From: Candidatus Omnitrophota bacterium | GTDB lineage: Bacteria; Omnitrophota; Gorgyraeia; Zapsychrales; Fredricksoniimonadaceae | DNA length: 64,000 bases | Direction: 5' to 3' | Assembly (NCBI GenBank): GCA_015233335.1 | Contig: JADFXX010000002.1 | Span: 64,891 to 128,890 of the forward strand | In this document: piece by piece, positions 19,654-29,415 of the stretch | How the letters are laid out: each line of letters begins with the position of its first letter | How positions within the stretch are numbered: the first letter of the stretch is position 1 | Program-made: the position numbers and the translations under genes | The notes under the pieces: model-generated | What the model was told of the DNA's origin: nothing | Databases searched by the model: none | The model's input: the letters and a program-made list of their open reading frames with translations, nothing else

Positions 19654-20877
19654 TTATTTAAACCTGACATTCACGGCGTCCGCATGTTTGACCATGCTTT
19701 CTAAATTAGCTACTTTTTGCAAAGGTTCGCGCACTTTCTCCAATGCTTTCTTGGAATAAAAAATCACATGGCTCTTCTTGGTAAAGCTTGACAGGGACAG
19801 CCCCGAAAAAAACCGCGCTGTCCCCATGGTGGGCAGCACATGGCTCGGACCCGCCGCATAATCACCCAAAGCTGTCGGACTGTACGGCCCTAAGAAAATA
19901 GCGCCCGCATGCCTGATCTGTCGGGCAATGCTCACCGCATTATTGGTGACGATTTGCAAATGCTCAGGGGCAATTTTATTGGCGATCTCAACGGCCTCAT
20001 CCGTGTTCTTGCAATAAATACAAAACCCGTTGGCAACGCGCTTGCGTACCTCTTTGATCAATTGCTTTGAGGTACTCAATAAAATCGACAAACCGCCAAC
20101 ATGCTCCATCTGCGCTTCCAGATCCGCCACCACAAAGTCCGTATTACTGTAGCGATTGGCAATTACCACCAGTTCCGTCGGCCCAGCCAGCATGTCAATA
20201 CCCACATAGCCAAATAATTGACGTTTAGCCTCTGTGACATACATATTCCCGGGACCTATAATTTTATCCACTTTAGGGATGGTCTTGGTTCCGAACGCTA
20301 AAGCCGCTATGGCTTGCGCCCCGCCGACCTTATAAATTTCACGTACTTTCAATAGATTGGCTACCGCTAAAATATAAGGATTAACACGCCCCTCTTTATT
20401 TGGAGGAGTGACAATAACTACTCTTTGGACACCAGCGATAATAGCCGGAGTTGCCGTCATATAAACAGACGAAACTAAAGGAGCTGTTCCCGCCGGGATA
20501 TAAATACCTACGGAATCCAAAGGCCACACCTCTTCTTTTAGCAAAACACCATCGTGACCATGGACCTTACAGGGGCCCTTGAGCTGCTTTCTATAGTAGG
20601 TGGAAACATTGTTGATAATTGTTTTTAAGTGTCCTACGAATTCCGGGGTAATGCTCTGATAAGCCGCGGTAATCTCACTTTCAGCCACACGCAGCTGGCG
20701 GGGAATCAATCTCACCCCGTCAAAACGGCGGGTAAATTTAACCAAGGCATCATCCCCGTTTAAACGCACATCATCAATAATGACACGCACTTTTTCCTCA
20801 ACATGTTTTTTATGGGCAACCCTGCTGCGGTTATAAAGATTTTCAATGCTCTGTCCTGCTTGTTTGATAAGTTTCAT
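19654..20877 (-). CDS. hisD: Histidinol dehydrogenase
   Basis: 407 aa. GGAQAIAALA, IIGPGNMYVTEAK and the PEHL region. Overlaps alaS by 4 nt. Confidence 0.93.
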   Translation of the reverse strand: MKLIKQAGQSIENLYNRSRVAHKKHVEEKVRVIIDDVRLNGDDALVKFTRRFDGVRLIPRQLRVAESEITAAYQSITPEFVGHLKTIINNVSTYYRKQLKGPCKVHGHDGVLLKEEVWPLDSVGIYIPAGTAPLVSSVYMTATPAIIAGVQRVVIVTPPNKEGRVNPYILAVANLLKVREIYKVGGAQAIAALAFGTKTIPKVDKIIGPGNMYVTEAKRQLFGYVGIDMLAGPTELVVIANRYSNTDFVVADLEAQMEHVGGLSILLSTSKQLIKEVRKRVANGFCIYCKNTDEAVEIANKIAPEHLQIVTNNAVSIARQIRHAGAIFLGPYSPTALGDYAAGPSHVLPTMGTARFFSGLSLSSFTKKSHVIFYSKKALEKVREPLQKVANLESMVKHADAVNVRFK

Positions 20878-23468
20878 AATATTGAAGCTCCAATAATTTC
20901 CTTTGCTTTCAATAAAGCCCCATCTAATTTTTGAGGCTGTTTACTGCCTGCCTGGGCCAAATTGGCTCTGCCTCCTCCGCTTCCATCCAGCAAAGGAGCG
21001 ATTCTTTGCATCAATTCATTAGCTTTGATTCCACGGGCCACCAAATCATCTGTTAATGAAAGGACCACACAAGCATCCTGAGGCCCCTTTGAACTCAAAA
21101 CAAAAATGCCGGATTTAGCTTTTTGCTTAAGCAGATCAGAAAGTTTGCGCAACAGCGCAACATCCATTTCCTGAAACGTGCGCAGGACAACCTTGACCCC
21201 TTTAATATTTTCTGCAGAAGCGATGATCTCATCCACACTGGATCTGACCTGATCAAAATAAATATCCTGTTTTTCCTTTTCCAACTGCTTAGCGTGCCAT
21301 GCCTGCTTAACAGCCGCTGTTTCCTCTTCTTGACTTTTAAGATAATGATCAACCGCAATTGTCCCGGTCAGAGCTTCCATGCGGCGTATCCCCTGGGCAA
21401 CAGAGCCCTCTGATACGATCAAAACCGCCTCGATCTGGCCGGTCGAGGATACATGAGTCCCCCCACAAAATTCCTTGGAATAATCACCGATAGAAATCAC
21501 TCGTACTGTCTCTCCATACTTTTCCGCAAAAAAAGCCAGTGCTCCTTTTTTCTTGGCTTCCTCTAATGTTAAAACCTCGGTCGCGACTTTATCGTTTTGT
21601 CGAATAAACTGGTCAAGCTTATGTTGTATTTTCTGCAGTTGTTGGGGCCCGACACTTGAAGGATGCGTAAAATCAAACCGCAAACGGCTATCCTCAACCA
21701 GAGAACCCTGCTGTTTGACATGAGAACCTAAAACTTCGCGTAAGGCAGCCTGCAATAAATGAGTCGCCGTGTGATTACGCATGATCGAGCCTCTGCGGGA
21801 CTCATCGATTTGTGCCCCAACATTCTCCCCGGTCCTGATCGTGCCCCGCTCGACAATGCCGCTATGGATATATATATCATTGGCCTTGCAGGTATCCGTC
21901 ACACGCACCTTGCATTGCGCTGTTGACAGATACCCGGTATCTCCTATTTGCCCTCCGGCTTGGGCATAAAAAGGAGTACAATTTAAAATAATTTTGACCT
22001 TCTCTCCTTGATTGGCCTGAAATATTTCTCCCTCGTCATTTAAAATCTTCAGCACTTGCGCATTGATCCTTGTTTGCGCATAACCGGCGAATTCAGTCTT
22101 AGGCAGATTGAGAGCAAAATTCTGATCCGCAAAAACATCGCCGATCATTTTACTAGACTTGCGGGAGCGGTTTTTCTGTTCTTCCATCTTAGCTTCAAAA
22201 ATCTTACACGCATCATTCAACAAAGAAACGGAAATGCCCGTTTCCTGTGCCGCTAACATCATGGTTGATAATGTCAACCCGTGGGTGTCTCGATACAAGA
22301 ACAAGATCTCCCCTAACATATTTGCGTTCTCTTTATTTTCTAAGAGACGATCCTTAAGCTCAGGAACGCGCTGACGACGCACTTTAATAAACGCTTCTTC
22401 AATCCGCTTAATAAATTCTTTAGTCTCATCAGCATGGCTTTTGAGTTCCGGGTAGGGCTCTTTTAAACGCTCGATCACAATATCCACAAAGGTATAGATG
22501 ACAGGAGTCTCTATCCCTGCTCGGATCGCCAAATCGCTCATATCCACAATGAGTTTTTTCATCACATAGCCGCGGCCTTCATTGGAAGGGACGACTCCGT
22601 CGCTAATTCCGATAACGACCGCACGCATGTGATCCGCTATGATCCTGAATTCACTTTCAGAGGCATGAATCTTGTGAAATTCAAAGGTGTCTTTAATGAT
22701 CTTAAGGATCGCACTAAAATTATCAGTCTCATAATTGCTCTTTTTGCCCTGCACTACCGCAGCCAATCGCTCCAAACCCATGCCTGTATCGATATTCTTG
22801 GCCGGCAGAGGCTCTAAAATCCCGCCATCCTTGCGGTTAAATTGAGTAAAGACTAAATTCCAAACTTCGGAAAATCGTCCGCAGGAACAATCAGGGTCAC
22901 AATCATCTCCTTTAGGACAATTCATGTTTGTCCCATAATCATAAAAAATTTCTGAACAAGGACCGCAGGGGCCGTTGGGACCGCTCTGCCGTGCATTGGA
23001 CGGCCAAAAATTGCTTTTATCTCCCAACTTAACAATGCGATCTACTGGGACTTTGATCTTGTCGGCCCAAATGGCATGCGCCTCATCATCATCCTGATAA
23101 ACCGAGACCCATAACCTTTCAGGAGGTAATCTTAATTCATGTGTCAGAAATTCCCAAGCCCAAAGAATGGCTTCTTTCTTAAAATAGCCACCGAAAGAAA
23201 AATTTCCCAGCATCTCAAAAAAAGTATGGTGAAAATCTGTTTTTCCAACCACGTCAAGATCGTCCGTACGCAAACATTTCTGGCAGGTGGCGGCCCGGCT
23301 GAAACCGTCCAAATGCCCCAAGAATTGGGGCTTGAATTGCTGCATACCTGCGGTCGTAAAAAGCACCGTCGGATCATCCTTGGGCACCAGAGAATCGCTT
23401 GGAATAATACTATGATGCTTGGATTTAAAAAAATTTAAAAATTTTGTTCTGATATCATTAGTCGTCAT
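20874..23468 (-). CDS. alaS: Alanine--tRNA ligase
   Basis: 864 aa. FTTAGMQQFKP, class II core, HTATHLL editing domain and a C-terminal DHHA1-like region. Confidence 0.96.
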   Translation of the reverse strand: MTTNDIRTKFLNFFKSKHHSIIPSDSLVPKDDPTVLFTTAGMQQFKPQFLGHLDGFSRAATCQKCLRTDDLDVVGKTDFHHTFFEMLGNFSFGGYFKKEAILWAWEFLTHELRLPPERLWVSVYQDDDEAHAIWADKIKVPVDRIVKLGDKSNFWPSNARQSGPNGPCGPCSEIFYDYGTNMNCPKGDDCDPDCSCGRFSEVWNLVFTQFNRKDGGILEPLPAKNIDTGMGLERLAAVVQGKKSNYETDNFSAILKIIKDTFEFHKIHASESEFRIIADHMRAVVIGISDGVVPSNEGRGYVMKKLIVDMSDLAIRAGIETPVIYTFVDIVIERLKEPYPELKSHADETKEFIKRIEEAFIKVRRQRVPELKDRLLENKENANMLGEILFLYRDTHGLTLSTMMLAAQETGISVSLLNDACKIFEAKMEEQKNRSRKSSKMIGDVFADQNFALNLPKTEFAGYAQTRINAQVLKILNDEGEIFQANQGEKVKIILNCTPFYAQAGGQIGDTGYLSTAQCKVRVTDTCKANDIYIHSGIVERGTIRTGENVGAQIDESRRGSIMRNHTATHLLQAALREVLGSHVKQQGSLVEDSRLRFDFTHPSSVGPQQLQKIQHKLDQFIRQNDKVATEVLTLEEAKKKGALAFFAEKYGETVRVISIGDYSKEFCGGTHVSSTGQIEAVLIVSEGSVAQGIRRMEALTGTIAVDHYLKSQEEETAAVKQAWHAKQLEKEKQDIYFDQVRSSVDEIIASAENIKGVKVVLRTFQEMDVALLRKLSDLLKQKAKSGIFVLSSKGPQDACVVLSLTDDLVARGIKANELMQRIAPLLDGSGGGRANLAQAGSKQPQKLDGALLKAKEIIGASIL

Positions 23469-23914
23469 AATTTCTTTATCACCCGAATTGCTACATCTGC
23501 CTCAAATCCTCGACGCAGTAAAAAATCTAAAACCCTTTTTTTCTTCTTTAACGGATCAATGGCCGGCAATCTTTGCCAGCGCCTGCGGGCCAACTCCAGT
23601 GCCGTTTTGTCCGCATTATAGCTGTCTTTAATTTCAGCGACAGCCTGTTCAATGGTCAGGGGATCAATACCCTTCGATTTTAATTCTTGAATGATCCTTC
23701 TAAAACCAAACGGCCGGGCTAAACGATAATTAATCCAACTTTTCGTAAAAGCCCGGTCGTCTAATAATCCCGACGCCGTCAATTCCAGCACGGCTGTTTC
23801 AATGTCCGTCATGGAAAAACCCTTGAGCTTAAGTTTTTCCCTTAATTCAGCAATGCTCTGCGGCCTGATCTTCAAAAACCGTAAAGCCGCGGATTTAACG
23901 CTTAGAACCATCAC
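23465..23914 (-). CDS. recX: RecA regulator RecX
   Basis: 149-aa helical-repeat protein. Overlaps recA by 4 nt. recA-recX-alaS order as in E. coli. Confidence 0.85.
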   Translation of the reverse strand: MMVLSVKSAALRFLKIRPQSIAELREKLKLKGFSMTDIETAVLELTASGLLDDRAFTKSWINYRLARPFGFRRIIQELKSKGIDPLTIEQAVAEIKDSYNADKTALELARRRWQRLPAIDPLKKKKRVLDFLLRRGFEADVAIRVIKKL

Positions 23915-24972
23915 ACCTTAGGTTTAGATTTAAGCTTTTCAATAACCTGCTTTTTGATCTTACCCGCTACCTTTGGATTGTCCTTGAGATATTTACGGGT
24001 GCTTTCACGCCCTTGGCCGATTTTTTCATTCTCAAAGGAAAACCATGCTCCGCTTTTTTGCACGATCTCATGGGTTGTCGCCAAATCTAATATATCAGCG
24101 GCTTCAGAAATACCTTCTTGAAAATAAATCTCGAATTCCGCTTCTTTAAAGGGAGAGGCAACCTTATTCTTGACGACCTTGGCTTTAACACGATTGCCGA
24201 TAATATCTTCCCCTGACTTGATCGATTCAATTTTTCTTAGATCAATACGGACCGAAGCATAAAATTTCAAGGCCCTGCCGCCTGTCGTTGTTTCGGGATT
24301 ACCAAACATAACACCGATCTTCATGCGTATTTGGTTGATAAAGATCACACAGCAATGCGATTTGCTGATGGCTGCCGTCAGCTTACGCAAAGCCTGGCTC
24401 ATCAGGCGTGCCTGCAGACCCATGTGGGCATCGCCCATCTCACCCTCGATCTCAGCGCGCGGAGTTAAGGCCGCTACCGAGTCGATCACGACTAAATCCA
24501 CAGCGTTGGAACGCACCAAGGTTTCAGCGATTTCTAAAGCCTGCTCACCGGTATCCGGCTGAGAGACTAAAAGATCATCTAATTTTACCCCTAATGTTCT
24601 GGCATAATTAGCGTCAAAAGCGTGCTCTGCATCAATGAAGGCCGCCACCCCGCCTGAAGACTGCAGTTGCTTAATAACGCTTAAGGTCAAAGTTGTTTTG
24701 CCGGACGATTCCGGTCCAAAAATTTCGACTACCCGTCCGCGAGGAATACCCCACACCCCTAAAGCTAAATCCAAAGTTAATGAACCGGTGGGAATGACAG
24801 GAATATCCGACGATACATTGCTGTCCATGCGCATGATCGAACCTTTACCGAACTGCTTTTCGATTTGCGCCAAAGCCAGATCTAACGCTTTCAGACGGTT
24901 ATCACGCAAGGTATCCGCCGCTTTATCCCCTGTTTTTTCAATTTTTTCTGCAACTGTTTTATCCTGAGCCAT
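23911..24972 (-). CDS. recA: Recombinase RecA
   Basis: 353 aa. Walker [10 protein letters not shown], then IDAEHAFD and [17 protein letters not shown] lies upstream of the ATG. Confidence 0.97.
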   Translation of the reverse strand: MAQDKTVAEKIEKTGDKAADTLRDNRLKALDLALAQIEKQFGKGSIMRMDSNVSSDIPVIPTGSLTLDLALGVWGIPRGRVVEIFGPESSGKTTLTLSVIKQLQSSGGVAAFIDAEHAFDANYARTLGVKLDDLLVSQPDTGEQALEIAETLVRSNAVDLVVIDSVAALTPRAEIEGEMGDAHMGLQARLMSQALRKLTAAISKSHCCVIFINQIRMKIGVMFGNPETTTGGRALKFYASVRIDLRKIESIKSGEDIIGNRVKAKVVKNKVASPFKEAEFEIYFQEGISEAADILDLATTHEIVQKSGAWFSFENEKIGQGRESTRKYLKDNPKVAGKIKKQVIEKLKSKPKV

Positions 24973-25005
24973 GAGCCCTCCTAAATTTTACTAAAGAAGT
25001 TAAAA

Positions 25006-25035
25006 ATTATACATCCTCGAGGGTTATATTGTCAA
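25006..25035 (-). promoter_or_regulatory. Sigma70-type promoter for recA (TTGACA-18 nt-TATAAT)
   Basis: The minus strand reads ggaaTTGACAatataaccctcgaggatgTATAATtttta. Both hexamers match consensus perfectly. It lies about 30 nt upstream of the recA SD. Confidence 0.6.
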
Positions 25036-25110
25036 TTCCAAAGGGATTGGTCCTCTTGACCGGAACACTCAGAGCACCTCGGAAATTTTCGTTGTAGTAT
25101 ACATGGAAAT

Positions 25111-25845
25111 TTAGTTTCTGTATAGAAATTTGACTAAGGCAACAGCAGCTATGGCGGCAGTTTCCACCTTTAAAACCGAATCTCCCAATGACACGGCAAG
25201 ACAGCCATGTTTAATGGCTAAATCGACCTCATCAGGCGTAAAATCCCCTTCCGGACCTATGAATAAAGTGACCGGTTTGCGCTGATTTGTATCAACAAGC
25301 ACATCACAAATATGTCTGGGATGATTGTGCAATGAAGGGAATAAATGTAAGGCCTTTGGATCCAGGTTCTGCAAAACATCGGGTAAAGATGTCATGGTAT
25401 GAATGTAGGGGACCTTAGTCCTTTTAGACTGTTTGGCCGCATTTATTGCCACCGTCTCAAAACGGCTAAGTTTACTTTTCATTTTATCTTCTTTAAAAAA
25501 AACCTCCGAACGCTTGGTTTTCAAAGGAATGATCTCATCAACACCTAATTCCGTACATTTTTCAATAATCCATTCAAATTTACCTTTTTTGGGCGGCGCA
25601 CAAGCCAGGATAATTCTGGTTTTTTTCTGAACCTCCTGCCTGACCGCATCTACGCGTACCAGAATGGCATCCAGACGGACTTCTTCAATGGTTACATTCG
25701 CTTCCTGGGAGTGTTCATTAAAAATTTGTATCACTGACCCTTTTGTAAGACGAAGGACATCTTTGATATGATGAATCTCGTTGGCCTCAGTAATGACGAT
25801 AGACGGTTTATTAAAATCAGCTTCGGCACAATAAAAACGATACAT
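25111..25845 (-). CDS. rsmE: 16S rRNA (uracil1498-N3)-methyltransferase
   Basis: 244 aa. PUA-like N-terminus MYRFY...H.KDVLR and a SPOUT C-terminal region with FIGPEGDFTPDE. Confidence 0.88.
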   Translation of the reverse strand: MYRFYCAEADFNKPSIVITEANEIHHIKDVLRLTKGSVIQIFNEHSQEANVTIEEVRLDAILVRVDAVRQEVQKKTRIILACAPPKKGKFEWIIEKCTELGVDEIIPLKTKRSEVFFKEDKMKSKLSRFETVAINAAKQSKRTKVPYIHTMTSLPDVLQNLDPKALHLFPSLHNHPRHICDVLVDTNQRKPVTLFIGPEGDFTPDEVDLAIKHGCLAVSLGDSVLKVETAAIAAVALVKFLYRN

Positions 25846-25878
25846 ATCATTTGACCTTTAAGGGGGGATTAAATCAAA

Positions 25879-25952
25879 TGGATCGGGCGGGGATCGAACC
25901 CGCGGCCTTATCATTGCGAACGATACGCTCTCCCAAACTGAGCTACCGACCC
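25879..25952 (-). tRNA. tRNA-Ala (anticodon CGC)
   Basis: Hand-folded 74-nt cloverleaf: GGGTCGG/TA/GCTC-AGTTTGGGA-GAGC/G/TATCG-TTCGCAA-TGATA/AGGCC/GCGGG-TTCGATC-CCCGC/CCGATCC/A. The G3:U70 alanine identity pair is present. CCA is not encoded. Confidence 0.9.
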
Positions 25953-25995
25953 GAAGCGGTTATCCTATCAAAAGGTTTAGGGTTTGACAAGTTTT

Positions 25996-26736
25996 CTATT
26001 GCCGAATTGTCCAAAAATCGTCGGCTAATGTTTCAAAATAGGCATACGGCATTGTGAAGTAGCCCGCCTGGCCCCACTCTTCTCCCCAGGAGTTACGAAC
26101 GATAAAACGCTTCTGTTTTTGATCATACCCTGCGGCCATAACTGCATGGCCTCCTAAAACTCTTTCAGACTTTTTGGGCATGGGCACAATACCGGTTTGG
26201 GCCACCTTCAGGCTTTCAAAACTTTCATAAACAGTGAAACCAAAAACAAACGGAAATCCGTCGGCCAGACAGTTGAGCATCTCATCAAGCGTCTGCAAGC
26301 GGTGATAGGATACAATACGATGCCTTAAGGCTTGCTTATAACAGACGGCTGTAGGCTTGAGGGTGAAACGGGTAATATCATAAGGCCACGTCAACTCCGG
26401 ACAGACACCGTATTGAGCCAGTGCTTTTATACCGTCACGAAGCATTGCTCCTGAGTCAAAGCCCACCTTGCCCTCTAAAGCACGTTCATTATAATAAATG
26501 AAGAGCCGGCTGACGTCCTTATAAGTTTGACCGGTAACTTTTTCTAAAAACTGCAGATTCCCGGCCAAGGCATTAGCCGTGCAAGAACCCAACCGGCCCT
26601 GATTCTCAACCGCTGAACATTCGCTTCGAAGATCAATCTTTGAAGGAAGCTTGAGGCGAGGGGCAATGGTCCTGTAAAGATAATCTCTGTGGTCCGGAGT
26701 ATCCGGGATCCATCCGTACGATTGACCGCGTTTCAT
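25996..26736 (-). CDS. Papain-like (C1 family) cysteine peptidase
   Basis: Catalytic Cys in QGRLGSCTANA, His in GGHAVMAAGYD, and Asn-Ser-Trp in VRNSWGEEWG. ATG at 26736 has a GGAGAGAGG SD; the track ORF starts at a TTG at 26796. No signal peptide is visible. Confidence 0.8.
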   Translation of the reverse strand: MKRGQSYGWIPDTPDHRDYLYRTIAPRLKLPSKIDLRSECSAVENQGRLGSCTANALAGNLQFLEKVTGQTYKDVSRLFIYYNERALEGKVGFDSGAMLRDGIKALAQYGVCPELTWPYDITRFTLKPTAVCYKQALRHRIVSYHRLQTLDEMLNCLADGFPFVFGFTVYESFESLKVAQTGIVPMPKKSERVLGGHAVMAAGYDQKQKRFIVRNSWGEEWGQAGYFTMPYAYFETLADDFWTIRQ

Positions 26737-26767
26737 AGGGCCTCTCTCCTGGTTGGGATGTGTAGAC

Positions 26768-27442
26768 TTAACTGTTGCCTTGTTGTAAGCAGGCAATGCT
26801 TCCGATTTTAGTTATCTCCGGATTATTGACCTGGTCTGTTGAAATTCCGGAAGCTTGACAGCTTGCCGCAGAGTTGTTGAGACAATTTTGGATGGTAATG
26901 GAAAACACCGAATTATTATATTGAGGAGCAATGCTAAAAGCTGTTCCAACAAAATGCCAAGCCCCAAACCCCGGCGGAGCAACGCACAATTGTGTTGTCC
27001 CCCGATTTGGGTCGTTAGGGAGATACGGTTTCTGGCACGTATAGAGAGAGTAAAAAGGAGCAAAACCTGCCGGAGGTAATTCTAAGACGTAACATAACCA
27101 TATGTCATCATTTAAATTAGTCGGAGTGCTATTCGGGTCCTGATGGATACAGAAACTGTTGCCCGGAGCTGCCGGGGGGCCGATCATGATGCCTTGATCC
27201 TGCTGGCCTGAGCCGCCCACCTTAGTACCGCTGCCGACGGATAAAGCAGCATCATTCAAAATATGATCTAAGGTGGCTTGCGTTTGGGAATTAAGCAGAA
27301 GTCTCTGCCCATACCCTTGGGTATTATTGCTCAGCACAGTACTGACAGAAAATAGCCCCATCAAAACGACACTAACGAGCATGGTTGCGATTATCATTTC
27401 AATCAGGGTCAAAGCAGTCTTTTTAGCAATCATATTTCTCAT
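26768..27442 (-). CDS. Minor type IV pilin / pseudopilin (largest, 224 aa)
   Basis: Prepilin-type N-terminus MRNMIAKKTA|LTLIEMIIATMLV with Glu at +5. ATGA overlap with the upstream pilin gene. Confidence 0.8.
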   Translation of the reverse strand: MRNMIAKKTALTLIEMIIATMLVSVVLMGLFSVSTVLSNNTQGYGQRLLLNSQTQATLDHILNDAALSVGSGTKVGGSGQQDQGIMIGPPAAPGNSFCIHQDPNSTPTNLNDDIWLCYVLELPPAGFAPFYSLYTCQKPYLPNDPNRGTTQLCVAPPGFGAWHFVGTAFSIAPQYNNSVFSITIQNCLNNSAASCQASGISTDQVNNPEITKIGSIACLQQGNS

Positions 27443-27858
27443 GTCGCGTCCGGAAGAAAGGTAACAGTTAAGGAAACTTTGCGCGGGGTATCCGCCGTGT
27501 TACAGCCATTGGCACTACCATCGGCGCAGGTGACTGTATAACTAAATGTATAGGTCACTCCCTGAATGATCTGGGATACCGGAATGCCCGGCGGAAAGGT
27601 GGCTGCCGTATTGTGCAGCCCTAAAGCCAGCGGCCACGTCCCTGATGTCAACTGGCTCGCGTCTACCTGAGTACGCAAACTTTCAAGCAATTGCTGGCCT
27701 AAAATAGCAGCTGTCAGGGATCTCTGCTTTTGAACGACCGGCTGACGCACGGCGTTTAATGTCGCAAAGATACCTGCCACAGAAATGACAAAAATAATGG
27801 CCGATAATAATATCTCCAACAATGTAAAAGCCGATTTATTTATTTTATTTATCCTCAT
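27439..27858 (-). CDS. Minor type IV pilin / pseudopilin
   Basis: MRINKINKSA|FTLLEILLSAIIFV with Glu at +5. Likely ATG at 27858; the track ORF reaches 27888. Confidence 0.78.
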   Translation of the reverse strand: MRINKINKSAFTLLEILLSAIIFVISVAGIFATLNAVRQPVVQKQRSLTAAILGQQLLESLRTQVDASQLTSGTWPLALGLHNTAATFPPGIPVSQIIQGVTYTFSYTVTCADGSANGCNTADTPRKVSLTVTFLPDAT

Positions 27859-27863
27859 AAGCT

Positions 27864-28331
27864 TTATATACAATAGCTTCCCGTACAATTCGGATTAACG
27901 TTGCCCGACAATACGATCGGATTGTTAGTGACGGTCCATAAGGTATTGCCCCCTGTATTGATACACGAACCGATCGTACAGGCCTTACATAAGAACCCCG
28001 ACGCGTCATTGATACAAGTATACGTAGTATAAACACTATCAGAAATATTCAAGTTTAAATTACAATTAAGTGCCGCCATAGTCCCTCCGCACTGGGCACT
28101 GACCCCAGCACAAGCCGGTTGCGCGGCTGTAGTTGATATACAATAAGCACCATGGTCATTATTATAATGCATCTGTGCGGGGAAAATAGCCAACAAATTG
28201 CTTTTTGCATTCTGGGAATAAGGATATTGACTGTTTCTAAAAAAATTGGGGAAGAAAAAGGCGGCGACAATGCCAACAATAATTAAAACAACAATCATTT
28301 CCATTAAGGTCATCCCTTGTCTGCAGGACAT
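27864..28331 (-). CDS. Type IV pilin-like protein
   Basis: MSCRQG|MTLMEMIVVLIIVGIV with Glu at +5. C-terminal Cys pair NPNCTGSYCI. AGGAGG lies 7 nt upstream of the ATG at 28331; the track starts at a GTG at 28337. Confidence 0.8.
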   Translation of the reverse strand: MSCRQGMTLMEMIVVLIIVGIVAAFFFPNFFRNSQYPYSQNAKSNLLAIFPAQMHYNNDHGAYCISTTAAQPACAGVSAQCGGTMAALNCNLNLNISDSVYTTYTCINDASGFLCKACTIGSCINTGGNTLWTVTNNPIVLSGNVNPNCTGSYCI

Positions 28332-28397
28332 CGTCACACCTCCTCTATTTAATTTATAACATATAAAGTAAAGGAGGTCAAATAAGGGACTCTTTAT

Positions 28398-28820
28398 TTA
28401 GGATGGGCAGCCGTTGCCGCCGCTTGTACAGGTTACGACAGAACCTGATGTTGTAAGAGTAACCCCATTATCGGTTGCGGTACACAGAAACGGGGCTGCC
28501 GCGGTAGTACAGACATAAGTAAAAGGGTCATTAACCGGAGAAATGCTCACGTGCAGGTTAGTATTAATATCATTTTTATTATCCGCGCACAGGGCAGTAA
28601 GTCCTGTCGGGTTGGCTCCTGTGCTGATACAATAGGAATTATAATCTTCATAAAATTTTGACTGGGCGGCAGCAATCGCCAATAAATTATTTTTGGCCGC
28701 CTGGGCCTTTGTCTGCTCCGCATAATTAGTAAGAAAAGGGATCGCAATGGCCGCAAGGACCCCAACAATAATTGCCGCCACTAATATCTCTATTAAAGTA
28801 AATCCTTTTTGAGCAGCCAT
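28398..28820 (-). CDS. Type IV pilin-like protein
   Basis: MAAQKG|FTLIEILVAAIIVGVLAAIAIP with Glu at +5. C-terminal Cys pair CTSGGNGC. AAGGAGG lies 9 nt upstream of the ATG at 28820. Confidence 0.82.
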   Translation of the reverse strand: MAAQKGFTLIEILVAAIIVGVLAAIAIPFLTNYAEQTKAQAAKNNLLAIAAAQSKFYEDYNSYCISTGANPTGLTALCADNKNDINTNLHVSISPVNDPFTYVCTTAAAPFLCTATDNGVTLTTSGSVVTCTSGGNGCPS

Positions 28821-28878
28821 GACGCAACGCCTCCTTACATAATATATACCATGTCGCTTGAAGAAGGTCAAACAATGA

Positions 28879-28911
28879 CAAAAAAAGGCAGCATCAAAAT
28901 TCGATGCTGCC
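28879..28911 (-). terminator. Rho-independent terminator after the major pilin gene
   Basis: The minus strand reads GGCAGCATC-gaatttt-GATGCTGCC followed by TTTTTTTG. It starts about 28 nt after the pilin stop codon. Confidence 0.8.
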
Positions 28912-28938
28912 TGTGAAAATTCAGTTGATTACGAACTG

Positions 28939-29364
28939 CTAACAAGCCCCCACATACTGAGCACTTGGTGTACATGTGAAAGTACCATTTGCAGCTCTTG
29001 CTAGTGCAACAGTGTTACCGCCAATATCTGTAGCAGTTATGGTATATGTCAAGGAGCCTTTTGCAATACTTCCAGCGGTACTCGATATTTGATACCCAAA
29101 ATTATTTCCCACAGCTGCGCCCGGTAAACCAGCAGGTGTAAGAACGAGTGCAGTTGTTGGCGGAGTATTCGAGTTCAAAACACACCATTGTTCTACACCT
29201 GTTTTAACACCATCCATAGCTGCTATTGCTGCGGAAGCTCTGCTTTTTTGAACGTTTTGGAAAAGGTTAGGTAAGGCAATCGCGGCTAATACGCCAATGA
29301 TGATCATAACAACGATGATTTCTATCAAGGTAAAACCACTTTTATTGTTCATCTGTGTTTTCAT
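28939..29364 (-). CDS. Major type IV pilin (candidate)
   Basis: MKTQMNNKSG|FTLIEIIVVMIIIGVLAAIALPN with Glu at +5. C-terminal disulfide-loop cysteines CTPSAQYVGAC. Has its own strong promoter, SD and terminator. Confidence 0.85.
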   Translation of the reverse strand: MKTQMNNKSGFTLIEIIVVMIIIGVLAAIALPNLFQNVQKSRASAAIAAMDGVKTGVEQWCVLNSNTPPTTALVLTPAGLPGAAVGNNFGYQISSTAGSIAKGSLTYTITATDIGGNTVALARAANGTFTCTPSAQYVGAC

Positions 29365-29415
29365 AACAGGCTCCTTTTTTTACTTTATTTATAATAAAAC
29401 TGCATTCCTGCGTTA

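Noticed and set aside
25851-26057. A 68-aa plus-strand ORF
   Set aside because: It overlaps the tRNA-Ala gene and the 3' end of the peptidase gene, so it is an artefact.
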